A stretch of 58,243 bases of DNA, filler included, from Sphacelaria rigidula (Eukaryota): the NCBI GenBank assembly GCA_964200075.2. It is 7 parts of 7 records of this genome, joined end to end, with 100 filler letters (N's around TTAATTAATTAA, not from the genome) between each part and the next. Parts side by side here need not be neighbours in the genome. Positions count along the whole stretch, not along the records: positions 8,337 to 16,571 come from CAXNAA020011828.1; positions 16,672 to 24,906 come from CAXNAA020011829.1; positions 25,007 to 33,241 come from CAXNAA020011830.1; 4 more parts are not named here. The stretch is one strand, 5' to 3'. Below the pieces are notes generated by a model. That model was not told where the DNA came from. It saw nothing but the letters and a program-made list of their open reading frames with translations, and did no database searches. Position 1 is the stretch's first letter. Every line of letters begins with the position of its first letter. Both the position numbers and the translations under genes were made by a program. This document shows, piece by piece, positions 13,086 through 25,588 of the stretch.

Positions 13086-13296
13086 TGTAATGCGTGAGAG
13101 GACCGCGTGCTTAGAGGACTGCGCCCTAGTTCAACATACCTCAGGATCGACGTTTTCCAAAACCAATCGGGTCAGTCCCTGCAGGTACCACACCTCTGAC
13201 CCTAACCCCAACACCAACCCTAACCCTAACGCTAACCATAGGGATGTTTAAATTCCGATGCGGTCCTCTAAGCACGCGGTCCTTTCACGCACTACA
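13086..13296. mobile_element. TGT..ACA MITE, copy 3
   Basis: TIR tgtaatgcgtgagaggaccgcgtgcttagagga / tcctctaagcacgcggtcctttcacgcactaca; internal ccctaaccccaacaccaaccctaaccctaac; flanks gtccag/gtctag. Confidence 0.9.
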
Positions 13297-13657
13297 GTCT
13301 AGGATGGAAATGGTGCAGAGAATATCTCGCTTTGTATCCAAAAAGGGTCGAGTGAGAGAATCTGGATCCATATGGTAACTAATCTTGTTTCATCGGTTGT
13401 TGACGTTTTCCTTGGCCTGTGGTCTTGCAGGGTTCCCTGGTTGTGGTTTTGTACATGCTTCAGGGTGTCCTTGGGCTTCATCGTTTCTGTAGATTCCTTC
13501 TTCTCTGTTCCCCTTTTCTTTCTCCTTTTTTCTCACTAGGTGTTTCTTTGCTCCCCGTATTCTACAAGGAGCGAGCGTTTCCGTTTGTTTCCCTCGGATA
13601 CGTCTATCTTGCGACTGCGGCCGGATGGATCCATCGGGGGATCACTTCATGTTCGAT

Positions 13658-14312
13658 AATCAATCAATCAGCCGATCAATCCGTTAACCACTCACTCACT
13701 CAATCAATCAGCCAATCAATCAATCAATCAATCAATCAACCAATCAATCAATCAATTAATCAGCCAACTGATCAGTCAGTCAATCAATCCATTAGTCAAT
13801 CAATCAACCAGTCAATCAATCAACCAATCAATCAATCAATCCACCGATCAATGAACCAATGAACCAATTAATCAATCAATCCACCGATCAATCAATCGAT
13901 TAACCAATTAACCAACCAAACAATTGACCAATCAACCAATCAATCAACCAGTCAATCAATCAATTGATCGATCAATGAATCAATGAATCAATCAATGAAT
14001 GAATCAATTTAATCAATGCATCGAACCAATCAATGCATCGAACCAATCAATCAATCGAACCAATCAATCAATCGAGCCAATCAATCGATCGATCGATCGA
14101 TCGATCAACCAACCAGCCTATGAACCAACCAATGAACCAACCAAAAAACCCCAACCAATCCATCAACCAATCAATCAAACAACCAACCATCAACCAACCA
14201 ACCAATTAATCTATCAATCGATCCATCGATCCATCAATCCATCGATCCATCAATCCATCAACCCATCAATGATTCAATGAACCAATCATCCAATGAACCG
14301 ATCATCCGATCA

Positions 14313-14345
<33 letters not shown>

Positions 14346-14465
14346 CCAATCATCCAATCAATCCATCAATCAATTAACCAACCCATCAATCATCCAATGA
14401 ACCAATCATCCGGTCGATCAATCAACCAACAAACCAACCAATCAACCAATCACTCGACCAACTGA
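13658..14465. repeat. About 0.8-kb degenerate (CAAT/CAAC/CCAT/CGAT)n tetranucleotide array at the LINE 3' end
   Basis: Continuous 4-mer periodicity read directly from the sequence; it starts immediately after the LINE 3' UTR. Confidence 0.95.
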
Positions 14466-14486
14466 TCAAAATAGCGATCAAAACAG

Positions 14487-16131
14487 GATGCTGTCGGCGA
14501 AGTACTCGCAGGCAACACACAAATTGCGCCGAGCACTCATCTGTTGGGATTGCAGGTATCAGTATGTTCACTTATTGTGTGTTACAGGGACATTATTCGC
14601 CAGGATGGACGCGATAAAAGTGCTCACGCATGCAGTAGTACACGACCTGCTGCTCGTTGGGCCCCTTGTGCGTGTTCAGACTCGTAATCATGCTTCAAAA
14701 CATATCACTCCTGAGGAGGGGTGTGCGTCCCACAAGCGCCGATAACCGCCCCCCCCCAAACGCGACGCATTGAGTCAGTGTTGAACATAAACAGTAATTG
14801 TCAGGAGACCGGCACGACTTAATCCCTGTCCTAGCTTGCATCATATCCGGCTCAATAATGTTGAGATACGCACATGGACCGTCTATGGTACTATCCTCAG
14901 CGGCTGACCTTTGCCCTTCTACGAAATCGACAAGGACGCGCTCAGGGAGAGCTTCCCAGACATGCCTCGAGAAGACAGACAACTTGTTATGCTTCGGTTC
15001 GTCCGAGAGATGGATCACAGCGTCGACTACGCAGAGGTGCGAGCCCCGCCAGAATCATGCCACGATAGGTGTGCGCGAAAGATTTCTCAGGCTTGAATTG
15101 CTGGACACCCTTTATCCCGTCCGAAGCATGGCTTATGAAATACTTGAGAGCACGCCACGGCCTAGTAATCCCATGAGCTAGGGACATATCTTGAATGGGT
15201 TTTCAAACGGAAATGTTCTAAATCATATTTCTGTGTACTGTTGTAGCTCCTAACTTTAGGAACACCGCGATGAAAAACATCTGGGCAGAATATACAACAA
15301 CCCCTGCCGTGGCATGACTCGCCACCGAAACAGCAAAAAATACAGAACACGGCTAGAAATCGTGTAGATGTTGTAATACCTTTTACAGCATACACCACGA
15401 ATTATTCAAGCCTGGCTCATGCTGCACTCGGAAGCTGAAGTATCTTGAATATAGTTACTTCGTCCCAGCACTCAAATAATGTTGTCATATTTTTTGCCCT
15501 AACCTGTAGATCGCTTGCTACGTGTGTGGTGGGTTGCCTATTTCACAATATATTTAATAACATGGAGTTCAGGGACACGTACACGCCATTCGCATGACAT
15601 AGCTGGCGAGTGCAGTCACATTAACCCTCATCAAAAGGATACATGTGTTGGAAAATGTCGCTAGAAGCCCAGGTGCTCTTTTCATGAGACGCCCCCTTAA
15701 CGATGGGATACATGTCCGTTCGTGGGTCACTATTGCATCACACATGATGCACACATAAAGGCAAATAGGACCTGCTACGTATCACACAGGAATAAACACG
15801 CCGGTCATTACCTCGTGAAGCGGCAGGAAGATACAAAAAAAAAAAGCAAGACCAGAAGCGCTCTAATGGAAAATGACGTGCCACACCGGGAGAATCCAAC
15901 GCCTCCTCGGGAGTCAGCCAGGGAAGCAAAATAGTCACGGTGTATTTCCCCCCGCTGTCGGCCCCGTATCCACGTACGTACAAGTTCTTGAGTTTCTGCA
16001 CGAATAAGGTCAAGACTCGCGAGAGGCTCACCATGGGGCTCACCGGTGCGTTGGTCACTGGTAAGTTGTCCAGAACCGTAAGGGACCGGAAGTTCGCGTC
16101 GACGCTGCCCGCGCAAGGAGCGGTTGGTGAG
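14487..16131 (+). CDS. Partial spliced gene, degenerate EF-hand-like protein. Exons 14487-14555, 14935-15036, 15985-16131
   Basis: Three phase-0 exons with AG/GT ends give DAVGEVLAGNTQIAPSTHLLGLQ/DALRESFPDMPREDRQLVMLRFVREMDHSVDYAE/FLSFCTNKVKTRERL...; the spliced D-x-S-V-D-Y-A-E-F resembles an EF-hand loop and exit helix. Confidence 0.65.
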
Positions 16132-17152
16132 GTGAGCGATAGATCACGCCCGCATCAAAGTGCAGAACGTCCGAAGGACACTTCTTTTTGTTCGATCCCG
16201 TCTGTTCATGCTGAGTATATCTATCGTGAGGCCATGGCTGAGTGCGTGTGGAGGATCAGTAGGTATATCATGATCGATCAAATTAATCAAATCAATGGAT
16301 GGAGTAGTGCGCTACATAAAATCCCTCCAATTCGCCGCCGTAAACACGGTTGTCGCAGCGACACACGCAACAACTCGCAGAGAATGTTTCGACGTGCTCA
16401 AATGCATGAAATCCACAGATGCACAGATGCACATGTATAGAGCATACGTTTGCTAGGTCGTTCGAGTTGAAGCCTTGCAGTTTTTCTCCACTGATTGAGT
16501 CATCCTACGATAGGGAGGGGGGTATTTTGGGCCATTTGTTGCTCGAAATTTCGAGTCAGGTCGTCGTTGAANNNNNNNNNNNNNNNNNNNNNNNNNNNNN
16601 NNNNNNNNNNNNNNNTTAATTAATTAANNNNNNNNNNNNNNNNNNNNNNNNNNNNNNNNNNNNNNNNNNNNCGAATGCAACGACATGCGGTTGATCGTAG
16701 AGCACTCTTGTCTATTCTCCCAACTTGCAATAGCCCATGACCTCCTGGCATCAGAATCATTATTACTGATGGGAACCTACTCGTACTACTGTACCGAGCT
16801 TTCACGCGGCCAGCGTGTGCCGCAGGTTGCGGCATGGGCGGACGCCTATGCGCCACGCTAGCAACAGTTAGGTCACCACCATAGGTATCTTTATTCACCC
16901 CCCATGTCAAATAGGTTTCTACAAGTGTTTGATCTCTCATACACCCCCCTCAATGGGCGTGTCGCACGCCCTTCTGCTCGGCCACCCCGTTGTGGGAAGT
17001 CGGCGAAACTCAGCGATGAATGACACCCCCTACGTTCAAATTGGATCTATCGTTATTTCCGCAGCACCGTCTTTCCTGGCATGTGTGTGATAGAGAACAG
17101 TAGTCGCGGTGACGGGAAGATTGCCCTATTTTTTCAACGACATGTTTTTCAG

Positions 17153-17285
17153 CTCACAGAGGCACGTCTTGTCCAAAAGGAGAGGCAGAGAGAAATCGAT
17201 CTTCGCGTTGGCGACAGGCAAGAAGAGACGACGGAATCTCTCCGCACGTCGATGCTCTGGCACATGAAAAATTTGGCACATGCTG
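17153..17285 (+). CDS. Probable isolated coding exon, unknown protein
   Basis: tttttcag acceptor and gtaag donor around the open frame LTEARLVQKERQREIDLRVGDRQEETTESLRTSMLWHMKNLAHA; no family recognised. Confidence 0.35.
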
Positions 17286-19059
17286 GTAAGATCGATGATG
17301 CCAGTCTCTCGAGAGTTTGGTAGTCGCCGAGCGGGGACAAAGGACACGGGAAAGGAGCTTCCTCTCTATCGTTGCTTTTCTCTCTGGTGATATCTTCATC
17401 GACACGTGTGTACACCGCGTTCGTTAGGTGCACCTAGCCACAGCTGCTCAACCGCTGCGGACATTTGGGGGGGAAGATAGCTTCGCTCGGTCGCAAGTGG
17501 TTCGCGTCTTTCCTGCAAGAGAGAAATGTCACTTCAACCGCATATTTTGTATGAACGTCATTTTCTAGGATCCACTGTTAAAAGCGTCTGCCGCCGTCAA
17601 ACACTTATGCCTTCTGCTCAGCTCCGTCAAAATCCTCCCAGAACGCGGAACCTATGGGGAACAAGTTCAGAGCATCACTGCACGACAGAGTGACATGGCG
17701 TGCTCGGGCGGGATGGCATACTTGATGCCTTGGCTGGGCGGTGCAGATGCCAAAGGGCGTGGAACCCGTTCACTCGTGGAAGCGTGAGACTTTCCAGGAC
17801 TCCGCTTCCTGGTAGCCACTCCGACATTGCTCCATCATGGGCCTTTCTTCGCTATCTATAACCTGATTTGTTTTTCGGATTGAGACTCGCGACGATCGTT
17901 CCGGTTGAGGAGGTTGGGTTTTGGGTCAAAGTTTGGCTTCGCCTTGAAGCCTAGTACTCAGGCAAACTAGGCGGACCCGTCTGCGAATGAGTATCTCAGG
18001 TGAGGCTGGTAACGAGATGCGGTTCGACCTACGGCGGGCCATCTTGTGCGTACGTATTTTGTGTCCTTGCATCTCCACCTTCGGACCGCGTGACGCCATT
18101 GATCCTTGTCAACTTTCCATGTACCGTGTACTAGTGCTGCAGTTTCCTGCCGTTGCCATCCCGACCCGTTCAGATCTCCCTCTCCGGATCCATCACCAGG
18201 CTTACCTCGCATGGGTGCTCTTCGCGCTGTTTTACCAAAGGGCCCAGCCCTATACTCGGTTCTGCTTCTTGTGAGATAGGTGCAAGTCAGCTTAGATATA
18301 TGCATGGTTTTACGTCGACACGGCAACTCGGGGAGGGAAGCAGCGTGTCAAGCAGTGTGCTCTTGGTTCAAAGAGCCAATGGGACGTGCTCACCCCACCT
18401 GACGTCTTCATTCGCAAAGCTCCGACAACATATCAGTAGCGATTCTCCTGGTCTCACGACTGCGTCCTGACCGTATGGGAGAACTGACGCTTCGGAAAGC
18501 GTTGTACTCTTTCAGTCACCTGCCCAAATAAGTGATTACCTTCATGCTGAACTCTTCTCCTCTGTTCAGCGAATCTTTTGAGGGGCACCGGAGGTTAGGC
18601 ACATTCCGCAGGGGCACGGACCACCTGGTTGACTTGTTTTGATGGCTGTGGAAAATCAAATGAGGATCGGGAAGCGAGGTCAACTGACCGGTAGATGTAT
18701 GTGAGTGCAACATTACCTCAATCGTTGGTAAGTTGATCACCTCGTCCCATGTGTCTACCGCACGCCCCTACCTGATGGCCGTTTGGCGACTGCTTGATCT
18801 CTTGGGCCTCTTGCAACTGCATGACAGTACATCTTTTCTGATATATTTCGTCCTCATTGACAAAAAGAGGCGGTCACGCATCGTGGATAGGGTGGCGCAT
18901 ACTGCTATTTTTCATGAAATATGTGAACAAGGGCTAACAGGCCGCCGATCATTATCTTTGGAACTGCCGGCAGCTGCTCATCATCGACTCGCAATTATCG
19001 ATACCATTTCGTACTCGGATTGCCTTTCACCTACCGTTTCGGCAGTCGTTTCCCCCTCA

Positions 19060-19653
19060 GGTCCGATTATTTTGTGAGGATCTCAGGAACAGGAGAAGGA
19101 TTGCAAAAACAGATAGACAAGGCGCTAGAATACACGAGGAAATGAAGCGTGACAGTGGATGTCAACAAATGCGCGGTACTCGCACCTAGACACTAGGATC
19201 AAGAGGTGTATCCTGATCAACGTGATTGTACCAAAGCTGGAATATGCGGGGGAAGTATGGGAGTGGAACGTGAAATTGGTGAAAAGTTAGAAAGAGTACA
19301 GATGGAAGCAGCTAAGAACATACTTGGATGCTCGAAAACGACGAGTAGTACAGTTTTGAGAGCAGATTTGGGAACTTATTCACTTGAAACAGACAGAAGG
19401 CATGAAGGGATTGGATGGCAATATAGCTTGAAGAACATACAGAGAAAGAGACTGCCAGCTATGGTTGATAGGGCTGTATGGAAGAAAAGTACGTAAGGAC
19501 ATGCTATAAGGTGGGGTAAAGACGTCGAGAAAGTATGGAAGGAGACAAGAAGAAACCAAGACGAATTACTGTCCATAGGTGAAGGCGCGGGGTACAAGAC
19601 AAGAGTACAAGACTGATAAAAATAAGGAGAAAAAAAGAAAAGAAAGAGAGCGC
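19060..19653 (+). mobile_element. Fragment of a different LINE family (C-terminal RT/thumb region)
   Basis: Frameshifted translation GLQKQIDKALEYTRK..VNKCAVL..ILINVIVPKLEYAGEVWE..KLERVQMEAAKNILGCSKTTSSTVLRADLG, typical of the post-YADD LINE RT region. Confidence 0.7.
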
Positions 19654-22600
19654 TGTGGCAAAATCACGCCGTCACGGTTGAGTATGTAGTGGATCCTGGA
19701 TGATGACCAGGGGACAACGGCATCCTGTGGATGATGACCCTTGTTGTGTAGCCCAGGCCTGATGGTGCAAGGCTGCAGATGTTCACTCCGGTAATGACAA
19801 GGTGTTGTGAAGGCTGACAACTGCGACCTTGAGGCCAGTGGAGCTGGGGAGTCCCTCTACAGCATGTAGACGCTGCAGTACTAGAAAACCTGCTAGCTTC
19901 ACAATATCGATATTAGTGCTAGTGCTGGGAGTACTAGTATAGGCAATCGTTTGAGACTGTTAAAACGTTTAACAGGGAGACGTCTGAACAGCTTGTGATT
20001 AGCTTCGGGGCACAGGACTTCACGGACGCGTGAGAGGAGGCTTCAAGCTGAGGAGTTGTAAGGGCGGCTGGCCCGTGATTGATCCAGACTGGAGACTTGC
20101 TGGAGCTGCGTCCAGCGGGTGTTTATAGGACCCCAGGGCTGTGTTGGAGCGGCGAAGAAAGCAGGTGTGATATGAAGTTCCAGAGGGTTTGAAAAATCTT
20201 CGATTTTCGGCTCGAGAATGTCGACTACTGAGATACCGGCAATAGAGCCAGCGTAAACGACCGTGATCCCAGTCGTTTTAAGGGAAGAGTTGTGGCCGCC
20301 TAGTTACGGAAGTTTGTATTCTGAGGGTGCCTCTCGATCGTTTTCCACAAAATACATGGAACACAAAAGGAGGGTGGAGCATGCGAATGCAGGGGGTGCG
20401 GTGAGGCATCAGGTGGTTTCGATGGCGCAATTAGTGTCTACACCCTTGCAACGCGTGTTTGCGAGAAGGTTCCACGAAAAGCATACGATAACGCTGCTGC
20501 AGTCGGCCGCAGCGCGATAAAGAAGCACGCAGGGCATGCGGCAGGCGCGGAGGTAGAGCTTACACAGGCGGCCGCGGCCGTGGCAAAGGCTGTCGCAATA
20601 AGCCACAAGGGGAGGACCATGCGTGAGAGGGTGGAGCCCACAATGGGTAAGTTGGAAACGTATTTTGCGGGAAACCCCAACGTAGAGATGATTTATCGTT
20701 CGTCCGATGGGAAATTTTGCCCAGGGCCCGCTGCGGTGGTCACGAAAGCGATGGTGGGGGGTGTTGCACCGGCGGAATGTACAGTTACAGCACGAAACAA
20801 ATTGAAAGTCGGGCCCGTTTTTAGTCATGGATACCGTGGTGGCTGAAGCTCAGGCACGGCGACGGGTCGAAGTGTTCGGAAAATAATCCACTTTGTCGCC
20901 GCAGTCTTCGAGCTCGCGTAACCGCGGATAGAAATCCGCAGGCAGTGCCGCCTCCAATTTTACTTGCTTTCAGTGTGGCCAGGTCGGTCACATCGCACGA
21001 AAGTGCCCAACGCCTTCTGAGGGGGAGTCTGGGCAGACGAGTGCCGCGCGCCCTCACAAGGGCAAAAGAAGAGGTAGTCGTGGTGGCGGCAGCGACGGAT
21101 CCTCCAGCGGTGGAGGTGCACAGTCGACTTCTCAGCAGCAGGAGCAGCAGCAGGGGCAGCGGCGTCAGCAGGGGTCCGGTTCTGGGCTCGGTTCAGCCGC
21201 AGGGGCTGCTGCTCCGCAGCGGGCGGTGCAGGTGGGACCGACCTCTCTAGTGTCGGACTCGGTGCTGGCGCCGCCGGTAGCAGAGCAGGGCGAGACGCCG
21301 GCTGCGGAGCCGGCCGGTTTTCAGCTGAAATTTGAATCCGCTGCTGCGCCGGCCGGGGTCCCGCTGCAATTTGGTTCTGCGGGCGGGGCTTCGTACCCGC
21401 CGGCGGTGCCGGTGACCCCAGCGGGGACGTCTCTGCCTGCGCCGCGCGCGCAGCCGTGGCGCCAAGTGGGGATTACGACCCATCAGTCGGCGGAGCAGGT
21501 ACCGGTTGAGGACCGATACAATTATGTCCATGCCGAGGTATATCTCCCCGATCAACGGGCGCGGGGAGCTATATCGGTTAAAGCGGTGTTGGATTCAGGC
21601 GCCCACTTCACCAGCGTATCAGTGCTAATGGTGGAGATGCTGGAGTGTCTACTCCCCTTTGAGCAAATCCGAATTCCGTTCTCGCTCGGAACGCGGCAGG
21701 CCATCACCGCATCTGGGCAACGTATAAATGTGACGGAGCGTACAATTCCCCTACAATTGGCGTTCCTGACTACTTGGGGGTCAGCGAAATTCCCCCAATA
21801 TCGTTTGCGATCATGCCGGGAACGGATGGTGTTGCTCTGTTGGGCCTACTGACGCTTCGGGGACTCGGAGTTGATCCGTATGATCGGTTGTTGGAACCCC
21901 TAAAAGCGAAAAATTCCGTCGCCCGGTTCGAGTGTCGAGACGCATGCCGTTTTGGCCAGTCGCAGAGTGAGCTTGTCGGTTGATGCTCTCCAGGAGGCGG
22001 GGGGCAGGTTTCCGAGGAGCGTGATGAGGCGGTGGAACGCTTGGTGGAGCGCCGCCCCGATATGTTTATGGAGCCGGCGGAAGAAGAGTCCGCGCGAAAG
22101 ACTGCGCTTGAGGAAACCGTGACGGATGCTGTGGAAAATGGACTCGAAGTCTCAAAAGCGGAGCGCTTGCGTGGCATATTATATCGCCACGTTAACGCGT
22201 TTCGTCGTGCGCTGAGGGGTGATCCCCCTGCGCGCGTGGAACCCATGAGGGTGATACTAAAGCCAGGGGCGGCCGCGATGAAGGCAAAACCGACGAGGTA
22301 TGATCCGGTAAAGTCCAGTTGGCTAGAATCTTGCAAAGGAGCTCTTGTGGCGTTTGGGCTGGTGTTCAGGAATCTACAGGCAGTGTGGTCCAGTCCAGCG
22401 ATGGCGGTGCCGAAGAAAAACTCTTTCCGTCTTGTCAGCGATTACGGAGCCGTCCATAATCAGGTGGAGAAGTCGTCGGGTGTCATGCCCAATCAGGAAT
22501 CCGACATGATAGACCTGTTGAGTGCGCGATGTTTCGGTCAGTTGACCTCCTACAGGGGTACTGGCAGATGCCGTTGGCCGAAGAGGCGCAAGAGATATTC

Positions 22601-24906
22601 ACCATCACGACTCCGTTTGGCATGTTTACCCCGCAAAGCGTGTTGAATGCTACTTCCTTTTTCAAGGTGTTGTGGTAGATCTTCTCGATCGCTTGAAATG
22701 CAAGATTTGGATGGATGATGTCTTGTTCTTCGCGGATACGGGCGACGAACTGTTGGATACGCTTGATGCAATCTTGGCTCGCTGAGAGAGTGCTGGTCTG
22801 TTTGCAGCTGCCCACGAGTGTGCCTTTTTTGTTGGTGAATTATTACGAGTGTGGTGTGGGAACGTATACTCACACGGCCGCCTCTCGCATGACCCAGCCC
22901 GCTTGCAAGGTTTGTCTGACATGCGGCGACCAGAAACAGCCGCAGAATTAATGCAATTCCTGCACGCCATGAACTGGTTGCGTACCTCGTTGCCACGTAT
23001 GGCCGAAGTAGTGGCGTCCTCGCGCGGTTTCCTAGAGGAACTCATGGTGGGGGCAGCAAGGCGCACGAGGCGGGTGGCAAAAAATCGTGTTATTCCGCCC
23101 ACCTCGTGAACGGAGGACAGGCTGCGGGCATGGGCGGCAACAAATGATCTAGTGGCTCACGCCGTGACGCTGTTCCATCCCCGCCCCGGTTGCCAGGTGC
23201 TGATGTTTCCGGATGCATCCGAGTGTCATTGGGGTAGTTTTGTAACGTAGGTGCCTGATGCAGAAATGCAACAACGGTTGCCGGTTGAAGACATGACGCA
23301 TGAACCGCTGGCTTTTCTGAGTGGTAATTTCAAGGGTTCACAGATGCGTTGGGCAACCATTGACAAGGAAGGTTTTGATATCGTGAGCACTTTTCGTCGT
23401 CTTGAGCATCTATTATGGAATGACGTACACATTTTCACGGATCACCGAAATCTAGCGTACATTTTCAACCCGGAGGCATGCATGACGTCTGTGTCGAAGG
23501 CGTTGGCACAGCGATTGGAGGGATGGAAAGGAGTATTAGGACAGTATCGGTACACGATTCGTCATATTTCGGGTGAGTGTAACGCGTGGGGTGAGTTGTT
23601 GTCGCGCTGGGTAAATATTCTCACTTTGCCTGCGCGCGCTGTGGCTGTGTATGATCCGTGCGAATCTGATGACTCGATGCCGTCCAAATCTGTTGTCCGC
23701 CAAGCGCAACGAAAAGACCTCGGGGCCGAAGATGCGGATGTGAAATCTTTCGAGTCGGACGTTGGTTATGCTATGTTGGAAAATTAAGGTATATTTCGTG
23801 TGCATGTGCGTGGTAGAAACGTTTTGTGAATTCCGAGTTCTGACAAGCAGTTGCAGATACTCTTGATGATTTGTGCGCACATGCGCGATGCCTGGCATCG
23901 TGGTGTGGCCGCAAACGTTTTGTGTCTGGATGGGGATATAAACTAATGTGCGCGAATTCGTCCGCCAGTGTCTTCACTGTGCTGACTCGAGGGCGGGCGA
24001 TGTTGTTCCCCGCCCGCTCGGTGAAACGGTCCATAGGACCACGCCGAATGAAGCCGTCCATTTTGACTTCTTGCACGTGGGCGAGAGTGGCCCGCTAGCT
24101 TTCCAAGGTGTGTCGGAGGATGCTGGGTTCCGATACATTTTGGTCATCATGGATTTTTTTAGCAATTTTGTGGCTCTGGAACCAGTAGCAGTGTGCACTG
24201 CTGAATCGACTGCTGCGTCTTTGCTGAACTGGTGCAAAACTCTGGGGGTGCCGTGTGTGTGGGTAAGTGTTCGCCACGCATTTTGAGAATGCGATCTTGG
24301 CTCGGTTGCGAGAGGCCTTGCGTGTTGATTACCGGTTTGCGGTAGCGTATTTTCCGTGGTCTAACGGTACGTGCGAATACCCGGTAAAGGAAGTAGTTCG
24401 TGCTCTTCGCTCTGTTCTTCTCGAGCAGCGTCGAGAGGTGATCGAGTGGGTGGACGTGTCACCCGCTGTGCAATGGGCGCTAAATACAGCATATCCCCGT
24501 CGGTACGATAGTACGCCGTATCACGTGATGTTTGGCCGTGCCCCTCGGACGTCTTTCTCGGTGATGGCGTCCTCGTCGGAGGGGGAATGGAAGCGAGATA
24601 TTCTAGACTATGTTCGAGTCTCGAACTTGCAAAAACGTTTTTACGTTCAAGTGCAGGAGCGTGTCGCAGCTGAACGCGCGCGTAGACGTGAGGGGTCTTC
24701 GTCGGGGCTGAAATTGCCGAATTTCGCAGTAGGCGATTGCGTTTTGTATGCACGCGTGCGTCGCGCGGGAGTTACGCCTAAATTGATGGCGACGTGGACT
24801 GGTCCCTGGAGAGTGGTTGGTGCTCATCACCCGCATGTCGTTGAGATTCAAAGCATTGTTTCGGGTCGTGTTCAGACCGCTCATGTAGCTCGTCTGTGTT
24901 TATATG
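19654..24906 (+). mobile_element. Degenerate Ty3/Gypsy LTR retrotransposon (gag-like, protease, RT, RNase H, integrase), truncated at contig end; 5' boundary approximate
   Basis: Protease VLDSGAH near 21590; RT WSSPAMAVPKKNSFRLVSDY and WMDDVL; RNase H LAFLSGNFKGSQMRWATIDKEG..IFTDHRNL; integrase CLHC, VHFDFL, PWSNG and WTGPWRV (GPY/F). Domain order PR-RT-RH-INT. The LTR start at tgtggc (19654) is inferred. Confidence 0.92.
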
Positions 24907-25030
24907 NNNNNNNNNNNNNNNNNNNNNNNNNNNNNNNNNNNNNNNNNNNNTTAATTAATTAANNNNNNNNNNNNNNNNNNNNNNNNNNNNNNNNNNNNNN
25001 NNNNNNATTGAACCCCCACGACTAACTTTT

Positions 25031-25120
25031 TGTGACGGTTTAATAGACTACCAACTAGACTTCTGATAAGTCAGCGCTGACTCGTCAGTAGTCTAGTTGG
25101 TAGTCTCTTAAACCGTCACA
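25031..25120. repeat. 90-nt loopless palindrome
   Basis: tgtgacggtttaatagactaccaactagacttctgataagtcagc|gctgactcgtcagtagtctagttggtagtctcttaaaccgtcaca: 45-bp arms with 4 mismatches. Confidence 0.9.
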
Positions 25121-25588
25121 GAGCACATAAATGCCGTGGACGTATCAGATGCGAGCTTACCATTATAGGCCTTTGTTTCCTATGCGTTTTTTCCGAAACA
25201 CTTATGCGTCTCGTTCAAAAGGGGTCATTTTGAAGCGGAAACCCCGTCGAGACGCTACAAGTACTTAGTTTTAGTGTGCAAGACAAGACCAAAAAACAAC
25301 AGCTCATGATCTATGCGAATTATATGCGCGCATGAAAAGAATAGCCCAGCTAATTACGACCAATTCGATTCAACCGCATGTGCGGTGGAAATCGAGAATA
25401 CCGATCTGATACGTCGTGATTTCAACCCTCTTCAATATAAAATACGATGGTTGGAATGTTTAACATCAGATCGATCGTTTAGCACATGATTCCCCCGTGG
25501 TTGTGTTCTGTAGGGTATGGGATTCCTTACAACACTTACAGAAATATCGGTTACCGGTTTGAAATTCTTACAGAAATTACGGAACTTA

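Larger units (their letters stand above)
8536..13680 (+). mobile_element. Degenerate non-LTR retrotransposon (LINE, RTE-like; APE endonuclease + reverse transcriptase) with nested MITE insertions
   Basis: Endonuclease motifs VATCNVDTL, DVIGLQETRR, MDANARTG, SDHHIV; RT motifs KSMGPDEPPSELL, SPLLFNIF, LYADDAGLV. Many stops and frameshifts. Homologous to the minus-strand copy at 52250-56103. The 3' UTR runs into (CAAT)n. Confidence 0.9.

Noticed and set aside
13419..14465. Q/S/I/N-rich ORFs (13419..13862, 13999..14280, 14277..14465)
   Set aside because: Translations of the (CAAT)n array and LINE 3' UTR.
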